64,000 nucleotides of DNA from Eledone cirrhosa (taxonomy: Eukaryota). Every line of letters begins with the position of its first letter. The stretch's first letter is position 1. The position numbers and the translations under genes are program-made. Under the pieces are notes generated by a model that saw only the letters and a program-made list of their open reading frames with translations, made no database searches and had not been told where the DNA came from. Below, in pieces: positions 1 to 13,600 of this stretch. The stretch is from assembly GCA_964016885.1 (NCBI GenBank), contig OZ024741.1:210738001-210802000 (forward strand), given 5' to 3'.

Positions 1-3000
1 AGTCCACCTATCTCAGCCACAGTCCACTTATCTCAGTCTCAGTCCACTGTCTCAGCCACAGTCCACTGTCTCATCCTCAGTCCACCTATCTCAGCCACAG
101 TCCACAGTCTCAGCCTCAGTCCACCTACCTCAGCCTCAGTCCACCTATCTCAGCCACAGTCCACGTATCTCAGCCACAGTCCACTGTCTCAGCCTCAGTC
201 CACTGTCTCAGCCACAGTCCACTGTCTCAGCCTCAATACACCTATCTCAGCCACAGTCCACTGTCTCAGCCACAGTCCACTGTCTCAGCCTCAGTCCACT
301 GTCTCAGCCACAGTCCACCTATCTCAGCCACAGTCCACTGTCTCAGCCACAGTCCACCTATCTCAGCCTCAGTCCACTGTCTCAGTCTCAGTCCACTGTC
401 TCAGCCACAGTCCACTGTCTCAGCCTCAGTCCACCTATCTCAGCCACAGTCCACTTATCTCAGTCTCAGTCCACTGTCTCATCCTCAGTCAACCTATCTC
501 AGCCACAGTCCACTGTCTCAGCCTCAGTCCACTGTCTCAGCCACAGTCCACAGTCTCAGCCTCAGTCCACCTATCTCAGTCTCAGTCCACCTATCTCAGT
601 CTCAGTCCACCTATCTCAGCTTCAGTCCACCTATCTCAGCCACAGTCCACCAATCTCAGCCTCAGTCCACTGTCTCAGTCTCAGTCCACTGTCTCAGCCA
701 CAGTCCACTGTCTCAGCCACAGACCACTTATCTCAGTCTCAGTCCACCTATCTCAGTCTCAGTCCACCTATCTCAGCCTCAGTCCACCTATCTCAGCCAC
801 AGTCCACCTATCTCAGCCACAGTCCACTGTCTCATCCTCAGTCAACCTATCTCAGCCACAGTCCACAGTCTCAGCCTCAGTCCACCTATCTCAGCCACAG
901 TCTCACTGTCTCAGCCTCAGTCCACTCTCTCAGCCACAGTCCACTTATGTCAGTCTCAGTCCACTGTCTCAGCCACAGTCCACTGTCTCAGCCTCAGTCC
1001 ACTGTCTCAGCCACAGTCCACAGTCTCAGCCTCAGTCCACCTATCTCAGTCTCAGTCCACCTATCTCAGTCTCAGTCCACCTATCTCAGCTTCAGTCCAC
1101 CTCTCTCAGCCACAGTCCACCTATCTCAGCCTCAGTCCACTGTCTCAGTCTCAGTCCACTCTCTCAGCCACAGTCCACTGTCTCAGCCACAGTCCACCTA
1201 TCTCAGCCTCAGTCCACTGTCTCAGTCTCAGTCCACTGTCTCAGCCACAGTCCACCTATCTCAGCCACAGTCCACCTATCTCAGCCACAGACCACTTATC
1301 TCAGTCTCAGTCCACCTATCTCAGTCTCAGTCCACTGTCTCAGCCTCAGTCCACCTATCTCAGTCACAGTCCACCTATCTCAGTCTCAGTCCACTGTCTC
1401 AGCCACAGACCACTTATCTCAGTCTCAGTCCACCTATCTCAGCCACAGTCCACTGTCTCATCCTCAGTCAACCTATCTCAGCCACAGTCCACAGTCTCAG
1501 CCTCAGTCCACCTATCTCAGTCTCAGTCCACCTACCTCAGCCTCAGTCCACCTATCTCAGCCATAGTCCACCTATCTCAGCCTCAGTCCACTGTCTCAGT
1601 CTCAGTCCACTGTCTCAGCCACAGTCCACTGTCTCAGCCTCAGTACACCTATCTCAGCCACAGTCCACTGTCTCAGCCTCAGTACACCTATCTCAGTCTC
1701 AGTCCACTGTCTCAGCCACAGTCCGCTGTCTCAGCCACAATCCACCTAACTCAGCCAGAGTCCACTGTCTCAGCCACAGTCCACTGTCTCAGCCTCAGTC
1801 CACTGTCTCAGCCTCAGTCCACCTATCTCAGCCACAGTCCACCTATCTCAGCCACAGTCCACTGTCTCAGCCTCAGTCCACCTATCTCAGCCACAGTCCA
1901 CCTATCTCAGTCTCAGTCCACCTACCTCAGCCTCAGTCCACCTATCTCAGCCTCAGTCCACCTATCTCAGCCACAGTCCACCTATCTCAGCCACAGTGCA
2001 CTGTCTCATCCTCAGTCAACCTATCTCAGCCACAGTCCACAGTCTCAGCCTCAGTCCACCTATCTCAGTCTCAGTCCACCTACCTCAGCCTCAGTCCACC
2101 TATCTCAGCCATAGTCCACCTATCTCAGCCACAGTCCACTGTCTCATCCTCAGTCAACCTATCTCAGCCTCAGTCCACTGTCTCAGTCTCAGTCCACTGT
2201 CTCAGCCACAGTCCACTGTCTCAGCCTCAGTACACCTATCTCAGCCACAGTCCACTGTCTCAGCCTCAGTACACCTATCTCAGTCTCAGTCCACTGTCTC
2301 AGCCACAGTCCACTGTCTCAGCCACAATCCACCTAACTCAGCCAGAGTCCACTGTCTCAGCCACAGTCCACTGTCTCAGCCTCAGTCCACTGTGTCAGCC
2401 TCAGTCCACCTATCTCAGCCACAGTCCACCTATCTCAGCCACAGTCCACTGTCTCAGCCTCAGTCCACCTATCTCAGCCACAGTCCACCTATCTCAGTCT
2501 CAGTCCACCTACCTCAGCCTCAGTCCACCTATCTCAGCCACAGTCCACGTATCTCAGCCACAGTCCACTATCTCAGCCACAGTCCACTGTCTCAGCCACA
2601 GTCCACCTATCTCAGCCACAGTCCACTGTCTCAGCCTCAGTCCACCTATCTCAGCCACAGTCCACCTATCTCAGCCACAGTCCACTGTCTCAGCCTCAGT
2701 CCACCTATCTCAGCCACAGTCCACCTATCTCAGCCACAGTCCACTGTCTCAGCCACAGTCCATTGTCTCAGCCTCAGTCCACTGTCTCAGCCTCAGTACA
2801 CCTATCTCAGCCACAGTCCACTGTCTCAGCCTCAGTCCACCTATCTCAGCCACAGTCCACCTATCTCAGCCACAGTCCACTGTCTCAGCCACAGTCCACT
2901 GTCTCAGCCTCAGTCCACTGTCTCAGCCTCAGTCCACCTATCTCAGCCACAGTCCACTGTCTCAGCCACAGTCCACTGTCTCAGCCTCAGTTCACTGTCT

Positions 3001-5360
3001 CAGCCACAGTCCACTGTCTCAGCTACAGTCCACTGTCTGAGCCACAGTCCATTGTCTCAGCCTCAGTCCACTGTCTCAGCCTCAGTACACCTATCTCAGC
3101 CACAGTCCACTGTCTCAGCCTCAGTCCACCTATCTCAGCCACAGTCCACCTATCTCAGCCACAGACCACTTATCTCAGTCTCAGTCCACCTATCTCAGTC
3201 TCAGTCCACTGTCTCAGCCTCAGTCCACCTATCTCAGTCACAGTCCACCTATCTCAGTCTCAGTCCACTGTCTCAGCCACAGACCACTTATCTCAGTCTC
3301 AGTCCACCTATCTCAGTCTCAGTCCACCTATCTCAGCCTCAGTCCACCTATCTCAGCCACAGTCCACCTATCTCAGCCACAGTCCACTGTCTCATCCTCA
3401 GTCAACCTATCTCAGCCACAGTCCACAGTCTCAGCCTCAGTCCACCTATCTCAGCCACAGTCTCACTGTCTCAGCCTCAGTCCACTCTCTCAGCCACAGT
3501 CCACTTATGTCAGTCTCAGTCCACTGTCTCAGCCACAGTCCACTGTCTCAGCCTCAGTCCACTGTCTCAGCCACAGTCCACAGTCTCAGCCTCAGTCCAC
3601 CTATCTCAGTCTCAGTCCACCTATTTCAGTCTCAGTCCACCTATCTCAGCTTCAGTCCACCTCTCTCAGCCACAGTCCACCTATCTCAGCCTCAGTCCAC
3701 TGTCTCAGTCTCAGTCCACTCTCTCAGCCACAGTCCACTGTCTCAGCCACAGTCCACCTATCTCAGCCTCAGTCCACTGTCTCAGTCTCAGTCCACTGTC
3801 TCAGCCACAGTCCACCTATCTCAGCCACAGTCCACCTATCTCAGCCACAGACCACTTATCTCAGTCTCAGTCCACCTATCTCAGTCTCAGTCCACTGTCT
3901 CAGCCTCAGTCCACCTATCTCAGTCACAGTCCACCTATCTCAGTCTCAGTCCACTGTCTCAGCCACAGACCACTTATCTCAGTCTCAGTCCACCTATCTC
4001 AGCCTCAGTCCACCTATCTCAGCCACAGTCCACCTATCTCAGCCACAGTCCACTGTCTCATCCTCAGTCAACCTATCTCAGCCACAGTCCACAGTCTCAG
4101 CCTCAGTCCACCTATCTCAGTCTCAGTCCACCTACCTCAGCCTCAGTCCACCTATCTCAGCCATAGTCCACCTATCTCAGCCACAGTCCACTGTCTCATC
4201 CTCAGTCAACCTATCTCAGCCACAGTCCACAGTCTCAGCCTCAGTCCACTGTCTCAGTCTCAGTCCACTGTCTCAGCCACAGTCCACTGTCTCAGCCTCA
4301 GTACACCTATCTCAGCCACACTCCACTGTCTCAGCCTCAGTACACCTATCTCAGTCTCAGTCCACTGTCTCAGCCAGAGTCCACTGTCTCAGCCACAATC
4401 CACCTAACTCAGCCAGAGTCCACTGTCTCAGCCACAGTCCACTGTCTACGCCTCAGTCCACTGTCTCAGCCTCAGTCCACCTATCTCAGCCACAGTCCAC
4501 CTATCTCAGCCACAGTCCACTGTCTCAGCCTCAGTCCACCTATCTCAGCCACAGTCCACCTATCTCAGTCTCAGTCCACCTACCTCAGGCTCAGTCCACC
4601 TATCTCAGCCTCAGTTCACCTATCTCAGCCACAGTCCACCTATCTCAGCCACAGTGCACTGTCTCATCCTCAGTCAACCTATCTCAGCCACAGTCCACAG
4701 TCTCAGCCTCAGTCCACCTATCTCAGTCTCAGTCCACCTACCTCAGCCTCAGTCCACCTATCTCAGCCATAGTCCACCTATCTCAGCCACAGTCCACTGT
4801 CTCATCCTCAGTCAACCTATCTCAGCCTCAGTCCACTGTCTCAGTCTCAGTCCACTGTCTCAGCCACAGTCCACTGTCTCAGCCTCAGTACACCTATCTC
4901 AGCCACAGTCCACTGTCTCAGCCTCAGTACACCTATCTCAGCTTCAGTCCACCTCTCTCAGCCACAGTCCACCTATCTCAGCCTCAGTCCACTGTCTCAG
5001 TCTCAGTCCACTCTCTCAGCCACAGTCCACTGTCTCAGCCACAGTCCACCTATCTCAGCCTCAGTCCACTGTCTCAGTCTCAGTCCACTGTCTCAGCCAC
5101 AGTCCACCTATCTCAGCCACAGTCCACCTATCTCAGCCACAGACCACTTATCTCAGTCTCAGTCCACCTATCTCAGTCTCAGTCCACTGTCTCAGCCTCA
5201 GTCCACCTATCTCAGTCACAGTCCACCTATCTCAGTCTCAGTCCACTGTCTCAGCCACAGACCACTTATCTCAGTCTCAGTCCACCTATCTCAGCCTCAG
5301 TCCACCTATCTCAGCCACAGTCCACCTATCTCAGCCACAGTCCACTGTCTCATCCTCAGT
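1..5360. repeat. Block with a long-range copy at about 24379-29874 (offset 24378-24514)
   Basis: Shared markers: CCTCAATACA 231/24609, GTCCGCTGT 1721/26197, CTATTTCAGTCT 3621/28135, CACACTCCAC 4317/28831. ORF stops also pair (4166/28680, 4407/28921). Confidence 0.85.
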
Positions 5361-6579
5361 TCACCTATCTCAGTCTCAGTCCACTGTCTCAGCCACAGTC
5401 CACTTATCTCAGCCAGAGTCCACTGTCTCAGCCACAGTCCACTGTCTCAGTCTCAGTCCATCTATCTCAGTCTCAGTCCACCTATCTCAGTCTCAGTCCA
5501 CTGTCTCAGCCACAGTCCACTGTCTCAGCATCAGTCCACCTATCTCAGCCTCAGTCCACTGTCTCAGCCACAGTCCACTTATCTCAGCCTCAGTCCACTG
5601 TCTCAGTCTCAGTCCACCTACCTCAGCCACAGTCCACTGTCTCAGCCTCAGTCCACTGTCTCAGCCTCAGTCCACTGTCTCAGCCTCAGTCCACCGTCTC
5701 AGCCACAGTCCACTGTCTCAGCCTCAGTCCACCTATCTCAGCCTCAGTCCACCTATCTCAGCCTCAGTCCACCGTCTCAGCCACAGTCCACTGTCTCAGC
5801 CTCAGTCCACCTATCTCAGTCTCAGTCCACTGTCTCAGCCACAGTCCACTGTCTCAGTCTCAGTCCACTGTCTCAGCCTCAGTCCACTGTCTCAGCCTCA
5901 GTCCACTGTCTCAGTCTCAGTCCACCTTTCTCAGTCTCAGTCCACCTATCTCAGCCACAGTCCACTGCCTCAACCACAGTCCACTGTCTCAGTCTCAGTC
6001 CACCTATCTCAGTCTCAGGCCACTGTCTCAGCCACAGTCCACTGTCTCAGCCTCAGTCCACTGTCTCAGCCTCAGTCCACCTATCTCAACCACAGTCCAC
6101 TGTCTCAGCCACAGTCCACTGTCTCTGCCTCAGTCCACTGTCTCAGCCACAGTCCACTTATCTCAGTCTCAGTCCACTGTCTCAGCCACAGTCCACTGTC
6201 TCAGTCTCAGTCCACTGTCTCAACCACAGTCCACTGACTCAGCCACAGTCCACTGTCTCAGCCTCAGTACACCTATCTCTGCCACAGTCCACTGTCTCAG
6301 CCTCAGTCCACTGTCTCAGCCTCAGTCCACTGTCTCAGCCTCAGTCCACTCTCTCAGCCACAGTGCACTTATCTCAGTCTCAGTCCACTGTCTCAGCCAC
6401 AGTCCACTGTCTCAGCCTCAGTCCACCTATCTCAGCCACAGTCCACTTATCTCAGTCTCAGTCCACTGTCTCATCCTCAGTCAACCTATCTCAGCCACAG
6501 TCCACTGTCTCAGGCTCAGTCCACCTATCTCAGTCTCAGTCCACCTATATCAGCTTCAGTCCACCTATCTCAGCCGCAG

Positions 6580-7600
6580 TCCACCTATCTCAGCCTCAGT
6601 CCACTGTCTCAGTCTCAGTCCACTGTCTCAGCCACAGTCCACTGTCTCAGCCACAGTCCACCTATCTCAGCCTCAGTCCACTGTCTCAGTCTCAGTCCAC
6701 TGTCTCAGCCACAGTCCACCTATCTCAGCCACAGTCCACCTATCTCAGCCACAGACCACTTATCTCAGTCTCAGTCCACCTATCTCAGTCTCAGTCCACT
6801 GTCTCAGCCTCAGTCCACCTATCTCAGTCACAGTCCACCTATCTCAGTCTCAGTCCACTGTCTCAGCCACAGACCACTTATCTCAGTCTCAGTCCACCTA
6901 TCTCAGTCTCAGTCCACCTATCTCAGCCTCAGTCCACCTATCTCAGCCACAGTCCACCTATCTCAGCCACAGTCCACTGTCTCATCCTCAGTCAACCTAT
7001 CTCAGCCACAGTCCACAGTCTCAGCCTCAGTCCACCTATCTCAGCCAGAGTCTCACTGTCTCAGCCTCAGTCCACTCTCTCAGCCACAGTCCACCTATCT
7101 CAGCCTCAGTCCACTGTCTCAGTCTCAGTCCACTGTCTCAGCCACAGTCCACTGTCTCAGCCACAGTCCACCTATCTCAGCCTCAGTCCACTGTCTCAGT
7201 CTCAGTCCACTGTCTCAGCCACAGTCCACCTATCTCAGCCACAGTCCACCTATCTCAGCCACAGACCACTTATCTCAGTCTCAGTCCACCTATCTCAGTC
7301 TCAGTCCACTGTCTCAGCCTCAGTCCACCTATCTCAGTCACAGTCCACCTATCTCAGTCTCAGTCCACTGTCTCAGCCACAGACCACTTATCTCAGTCTC
7401 AGTCCACCTATCTCAGTCTCAGTCCACCTATCTCAGCCTCAGTCCACCTATCTCAGCCACAGTCCACCTATCTCAGCCACAGTCCACTGTCTCATCCTCA
7501 GTCAACCTATCTCAGCCACAGTCCACAGTCTCAGCCTCAGTCCACCTATCTCAGCCACAGTCTCACTGTCTCAGCCTCAGTCCACTCTCTCAGCCACAGT
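6580..7600. repeat. 510-bp tandem duplication (also at about 12930-13950)
   Basis: ATCTCAGTCAC at 6821/7331 and the TCTCACTGT variant at 7051/7561. Confidence 0.8.
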
Positions 7601-10600
7601 CCACTTATCTCAGTCTCAGTCCACTGTCTCAGCCACAGTCCACTGTCTCAGCCTCAGTCCACCTATCTCAGCCACAGTCCACTTATCTCAGTCTCAGTCC
7701 ACTGTCTCATCCTCAGTCAACCTATCTCAGCCACAGTCCACTGTCTCAGCCTCAGTCCACTGTCTCAGCCACAGTCCACAGTCTCAGCCTCAGTCCGCCT
7801 ATCTCAGTCTCAGTCCACCTATCTCAGTCTCAGTCCACCTATCTCAGCTTCAGTCCACCTATCTCAGCCACAGTCCACCTATCTCAGCCTCAGTCCACTG
7901 TCTCAGTCTCAGTCCACTGTCTCAGCCACAGTCCACTGTCTCAGCCACAGTCCACCTATCTCAGCCTCAGTCCACTGTCTCAGTCTCAGTCCACTGTCTC
8001 AGCCACAGTCCACCTATCTCAGCCACAGTCCACCTATCTCAGCCACAGACCACTTATCTCAGTCTCAGTCCACCTATCTCAGTCTCAGTCCACTGTCTCA
8101 GCCTCAGTCCACCTATCTCAGTCACAGTCCACCTATCTCAGTCTCAGTCCACTGTCTCAGCCACAGACCACTTATCTCAGTCTCAGTCCACCTATCTCAG
8201 CCTCAGTCCACCTATCTCAACCACAGTCCACCTATCTCAGCCACAGTGCACTGTCTCATCCTCAGTCAACCTATCTCAGCCACAGACCACAGTCTCAGCC
8301 TCAGTCCACCTATCTCAGTCTCAGTCCACCTACCTCAGCCTCAGTCCACCTATCTCAGCCATAGTCCACCTATCTCAGCCACAGTCCACTGTCTCATCCT
8401 CAGTCAACCTATCTCAGCCTCAGTCCACTGTCTCAGTCTCAGTCCACTGTCTCAGCCACAGTCCACTGTCTCAGCCTCAGTACACCTATCTCAGCCACAG
8501 TCCACTGTCTCAGCCTCAGTACACCTATCTCAGTCTCAGTCCACTGTCTCAGCCACAGTCCACTGTCTCAGCCACAATCCACCTAACTCAGCCAGAGTCC
8601 ACTGTCTCAGCCACAGTCCACTGTCTCAGCCTCAGTCCACTGTGTCAGCCTCAGTCCACCTATCTCAGCCACAGTCCACCTATCTCAGCCACAGTCCACT
8701 GTCTCAGCCTCAGTCCACCTATCTCAGCCACAGTCCACCTATCTCAGTCTCAGTCCACCTACCTCAGCCTCAGTCCACCTATCTCAGCCACAGTCCACGT
8801 ATCTCAGCCACAGTCCACTATCTCAGCCTCAGTCCACTGTCTCAGTCTCAGTCCACAGTCTCAGCCACAGTCCACTGTCTCAGCCACAGTCCACCTATCT
8901 CAGCCACAGTCCACTGTCTCAGCTTCAGTCCACCTATCTCAGCCACAGTCCACCTATCTCAGCCACAGTCCACTGTCTCAGCCTCAGTCCACCTATCTCA
9001 GCCACAGTCCACCTATCTCAGCCACAGTCCACTGTCTCAGCCACAGTCCATTGTCTCAGCCTCAGTCCACTGTCTCAGCCTCAGTACACCTATCTCAGCC
9101 ACAGTCCACTGTCTCAGCCTCAGTCCACCTATCTCAGCCACAGTCCACCTATCTCAGCGACAGTCCACTGTCTCAGCCACAGTCCACTGTCTCAGCCTCA
9201 GTCCACTGTCTCAGCCTCAGTCCACCTATCTCAGCCACAGTCCACTGTCTCAGCCACAGTCCACTGTCTCAGCCTCAGTTCACTGTCTCAGCCACAGTCC
9301 ACTGTCTCAGCTACAGTCCACTGTCTGAGCCACAGTCCATTGTCTCAGCCTCAGTCCACTGTCTCAGCCTCAGTACACCTATCTCAGCCACAGTCCACTG
9401 TCTCAGCCTCAGTCCACCTATCTCAGCCACAGTCCACCTATCTCAGCCACAGTCCACTGTCTCAGCCACAGTCCATTGTCTCAGCCTCAGTCCACTGTCT
9501 CATCCTCAGTACACCTATCACAGCCACAGTCCACTGTCTCAGCCTCAGTCCACCTATCTCAGCCACAGTCCACCTATCTCAGCCACAGTCCACTGTCTCA
9601 GCCACAGTCCATTGTCTCAGCCTCAGTCCACCGTCTCAGCCTCAGTACACCTATCTCAGCCACAGTCCACTGTCTCAGCCACAATCCACCTATCTCAGCC
9701 AGAGTCCACCGTCTCAGCCACAGTCCACTGTCTCAGCCACAGTCCACTGTCTCAGTCTCATTCCACTGTCTCAGCCTCAGTCCACCTATCTCAGTCTCAG
9801 TCCACTGTCTCTGCCTCAGTCCACCTATCTCAGTCACAGTCCACTGTCTCAGCCACAGTCCACTGTCTCAGCCACAGTCCACCTATCTCAGCCACAGTCC
9901 ACCTATCTCAGCCACAGTCCACTTATCTCAGTCTCAGTCCACTGTCTCAGCCACAGTCCACTGTCTCAGCCTCAGTCCACTGTCTTAGCCTCAGTCCACC
10001 TATCTCAGTCTCAGTTCACTGTCTCAGCCACAGTCCACTGTCTCTATCTCGGTCCACCTATCTCAGCCACAGTCCACTGTCTCAGCCACAGTCCACTGTC
10101 TCAGCTACAGTCCACTGTCTCAGCCACAGTCCACTGTCTCAGCCTCAGTCCACTGTCTCAGCCACAGTCCACTTATCTCAGCCTCAGTCCACTGTCTCAG
10201 TCTCAGTCCACCTATCTCAGCCACAGTCCACTTATCTCAGCCACAGTCCACTGTCTCAGCCTCAGTCCACTGTCTCAGCCACAGTCCACTGTCTCAGCCA
10301 CAGACCACTTATCTCAGTCTCAGTCCACCTATCTCAGCCACAGTCCACTTATCTCAGTCTCAGTCCACTGTCTCAGCCACAGTCCACTGTCTCATCCTCA
10401 GTCCACCTATCTCAGCCACAGTCCACAGTCTCAGCCTCAGTCCACCTACCTCAGCCTCAGTCCACCTATCTCAGCCACAGTCCACGTATCTCAGCCACAG
10501 TCCACTGTCTCAGCCTCAGTCCACTGTCTCAGCCACAGTCCACTGTCTCAGCCTCAATACACCTATCTCAGCCACAGTCCACTGTCTCAGCCACAGTCCA

Positions 10601-13600
10601 CTGTCTCAGCCTCAGTCCACTGTCTCAGCCACAGTCCACCTATCTCAGCCACAGTCCACTGTCTCAGCCACAGTCCACCTATCTCAGCCTCAGTCCACTG
10701 TCTCAGTCTCAGTCCACTGTCTCAGCCACAGTCCACTGTCTCAGCCTCAGTCCACCTATCTCAGCCACAGTCCACTTATCTCAGTCTCAGTCCACTGTCT
10801 CATCCTCAGTCAACCTATCTCAGCCACAGTCCACTGTCTCAGCCTCAGTCCACTGTCTCAGCCACAGTCCACAGTCTCAGCCTCAGTCCACCTATCTCAG
10901 TCTCAGTCCACCTATCTCAGTCTCAGTCCACCTATCTCAGCTTCAGTCCACCTATCTCAGCCACAGTCCACCAATCTCAGCCTCAGTCCACTGTCTCAGT
11001 CTCAGTCCACTGTCTCAGCCACAGTCCACTGTCTCAGCCACAGACCACTTATCTCAGTCTCAGTCCACCTATCTCAGTCTCAGTCCACCTATCTCAGCCT
11101 CAGTCCACCTATCTCAGCCACAGTCCACCTATCTCAGCCACAGTCCACTGTCTCATCCTCAGTCAACCTATCTCAGCCACAGTCCACAGTCTCAGCCTCA
11201 GTCCACCTATCTCAGCCACAGTCTCACTGTCTCAGCCTCAGTCCACTCTCTCAGCCACAGTCCACTTATGTCAGTCTCAGTCCACTGTCTCAGCCACAGT
11301 CCACTGTCTCAGCCTCAGTCCACTGTCTCAGCCACAGTCCACAGTCTCAGCCTCAGTCCACCTATCTCAGTCTCAGTCCACCTATCTCAGTCTCAGTCCA
11401 CCTATCTCAGCTTCAGTCCACCTCTCTCAGCCACAGTCCACCTATCTCAGCCTCAGTCCACTGTCTCAGTCTCAGTCCACTCTCTCAGCCACAGTCCACT
11501 GTCTCAGCCACAGTCCACCTATCTCAGCCTCAGTCCACTGTCTCAGTCTCAGTCCACTGTCTCAGCCACAGTCCACCTATCTCAGCCACAGTCCACCTAT
11601 CTCAGCCACAGACCACTTATCTCAGTCTCAGTCCACCTATCTCAGTCTCAGTCCACTGTCTCAGCCTCAGTCCACCTATCTCAGTCACAGTCCACCTATC
11701 TCAGTCTCAGTCCACTGTCTCAGCCACAGACCACTTATCTCAGTCTCAGTCCACCTATCTCAGCCTCAGTCCACTGTCTCAGCCACAGTCCACTTATCTC
11801 AGCCTCAGTCCACTGTCTCAGTCTCAGTCCACCTACCTCAGCCACAGTCCACTGTCTCAGCCTCAGTCCACTGTCTCAGCATCAGTCCACCTATCTCAGC
11901 CTCAGTCCACTGTCTCAGCCACAGTCCACTTATCTCAGCCTCAGTCCACTGTCTCAGTCTCAGTCCACCTACCTCAGCCACAGTCCACTGTCTCAGCCTC
12001 AGTCCACTGTCTCAGCCTCAGTCCACTGTCTCAGCCTCAGTCCACCGTCTCAGCCACAGTCCACTGTCTCAGCCTCAGTCCACCTATCTCAGCCTCAGTC
12101 CACCTATCTCAGCCTCAGTCCACCGTCTCAGCCACAGTCCACTGTCTCAGCCTCAGTCCACCTATCTCAGTCTCAGTCCACTGTCTCAGCCACAGTCCAC
12201 TGTCTCAGTCTCAGTCCACTGTCTCAGCCTCAGTCCACTGTCTCAGCCTCAGTCCACTGTCTCAGTCTCAGTCCACCTTTCTCAGTCTCAGTCCACCTAT
12301 CTCAGCCACAGTCCACTGCCTCAACCACAGTCCACTGTCTCAGTCTCAGTCCACCTATCTCAGTCTCAGGCCACTGTCTCAGCCACAGTCCACTGTCTCA
12401 GCCTCAGTCCACTGTCTCAGCCTCAGTCCACCTATCTCAACCACAGTCCACTGTCTCAGCCACAGTCCACTGTCTCTGCCTCAGTCCACTGTCTCAGCCA
12501 CAGTCCACTTATCTCAGTCTCAGTCCACTGTCTCAGCCACAGTCCACTGTCTCAGTCTCAGTCCACTGTCTCAACCACAGTCCACTGACTCAGCCACAGT
12601 CCACTGTCTCAGCCTCAGTACACCTATCTCTGCCACAGTCCACTGTCTCAGCCTCAGTCCACTGTCTCAGCCTCAGTCCACTGTCTCAGCCTCAGTCCAC
12701 TCTCTCAGCCACAGTGCACTTATCTCAGTCTCAGTCCACTGTCTCAGCCACAGTCCACTGTCTCAGCCTCAGTCCACCTATCTCAGCCACAGTCCACTTA
12801 TCTCAGTCTCAGTCCACTGTCTCATCCTCAGTCAACCTATCTCAGCCACAGTCCACTGTCTCAGGCTCAGTCCACCTATCTCAGTCTCAGTCCACCTATA
12901 TCAGCTTCAGTCCACCTATCTCAGCCGCAGTCCACCTATCTCAGCCTCAGTCCACTGTCTCAGTCTCAGTCCACTGTCTCAGCCACAGTCCACTGTCTCA
13001 GCCACAGTCCACCTATCTCAGCCTCAGTCCACTGTCTCAGTCTCAGTCCACTGTCTCAGCCACAGTCCACCTATCTCAGCCACAGTCCACCTATCTCAGC
13101 CACAGACCACTTATCTCAGTCTCAGTCCACCTATCTCAGTCTCAGTCCACTGTCTCAGCCTCAGTCCACCTATCTCAGTCACAGTCCACCTATCTCAGTC
13201 TCAGTCCACTGTCTCAGCCACAGACCACTTATCTCAGTCTCAGTCCACCTATCTCAGTCTCAGTCCACCTATCTCAGCCTCAGTCCACCTATCTCAGCCA
13301 CAGTCCACCTATCTCAGCCACAGTCCACTGTCTCATCCTCAGTCAACCTATCTCAGCCACAGTCCACAGTCTCAGCCTCAGTCCACCTATCTCAGCCAGA
13401 GTCTCACTGTCTCAGCCTCAGTCCACTCTCTCAGCCACAGTCCACCTATCTCAGCCTCAGTCCACTGTCTCAGTCTCAGTCCACTGTCTCAGCCACAGTC
13501 CACTGTCTCAGCCACAGTCCACCTATCTCAGCCTCAGTCCACTGTCTCAGTCTCAGTCCACTGTCTCAGCCACAGTCCACCTATCTCAGCCACAGTCCAC

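Noticed and set aside
4441-4595. Singleton variants TCTACG (~4445) and CAGGC (~4586)
   Set aside because: Both are absent from the sister copy near 28960-29100 and cannot be distinguished from consensus errors without reads.
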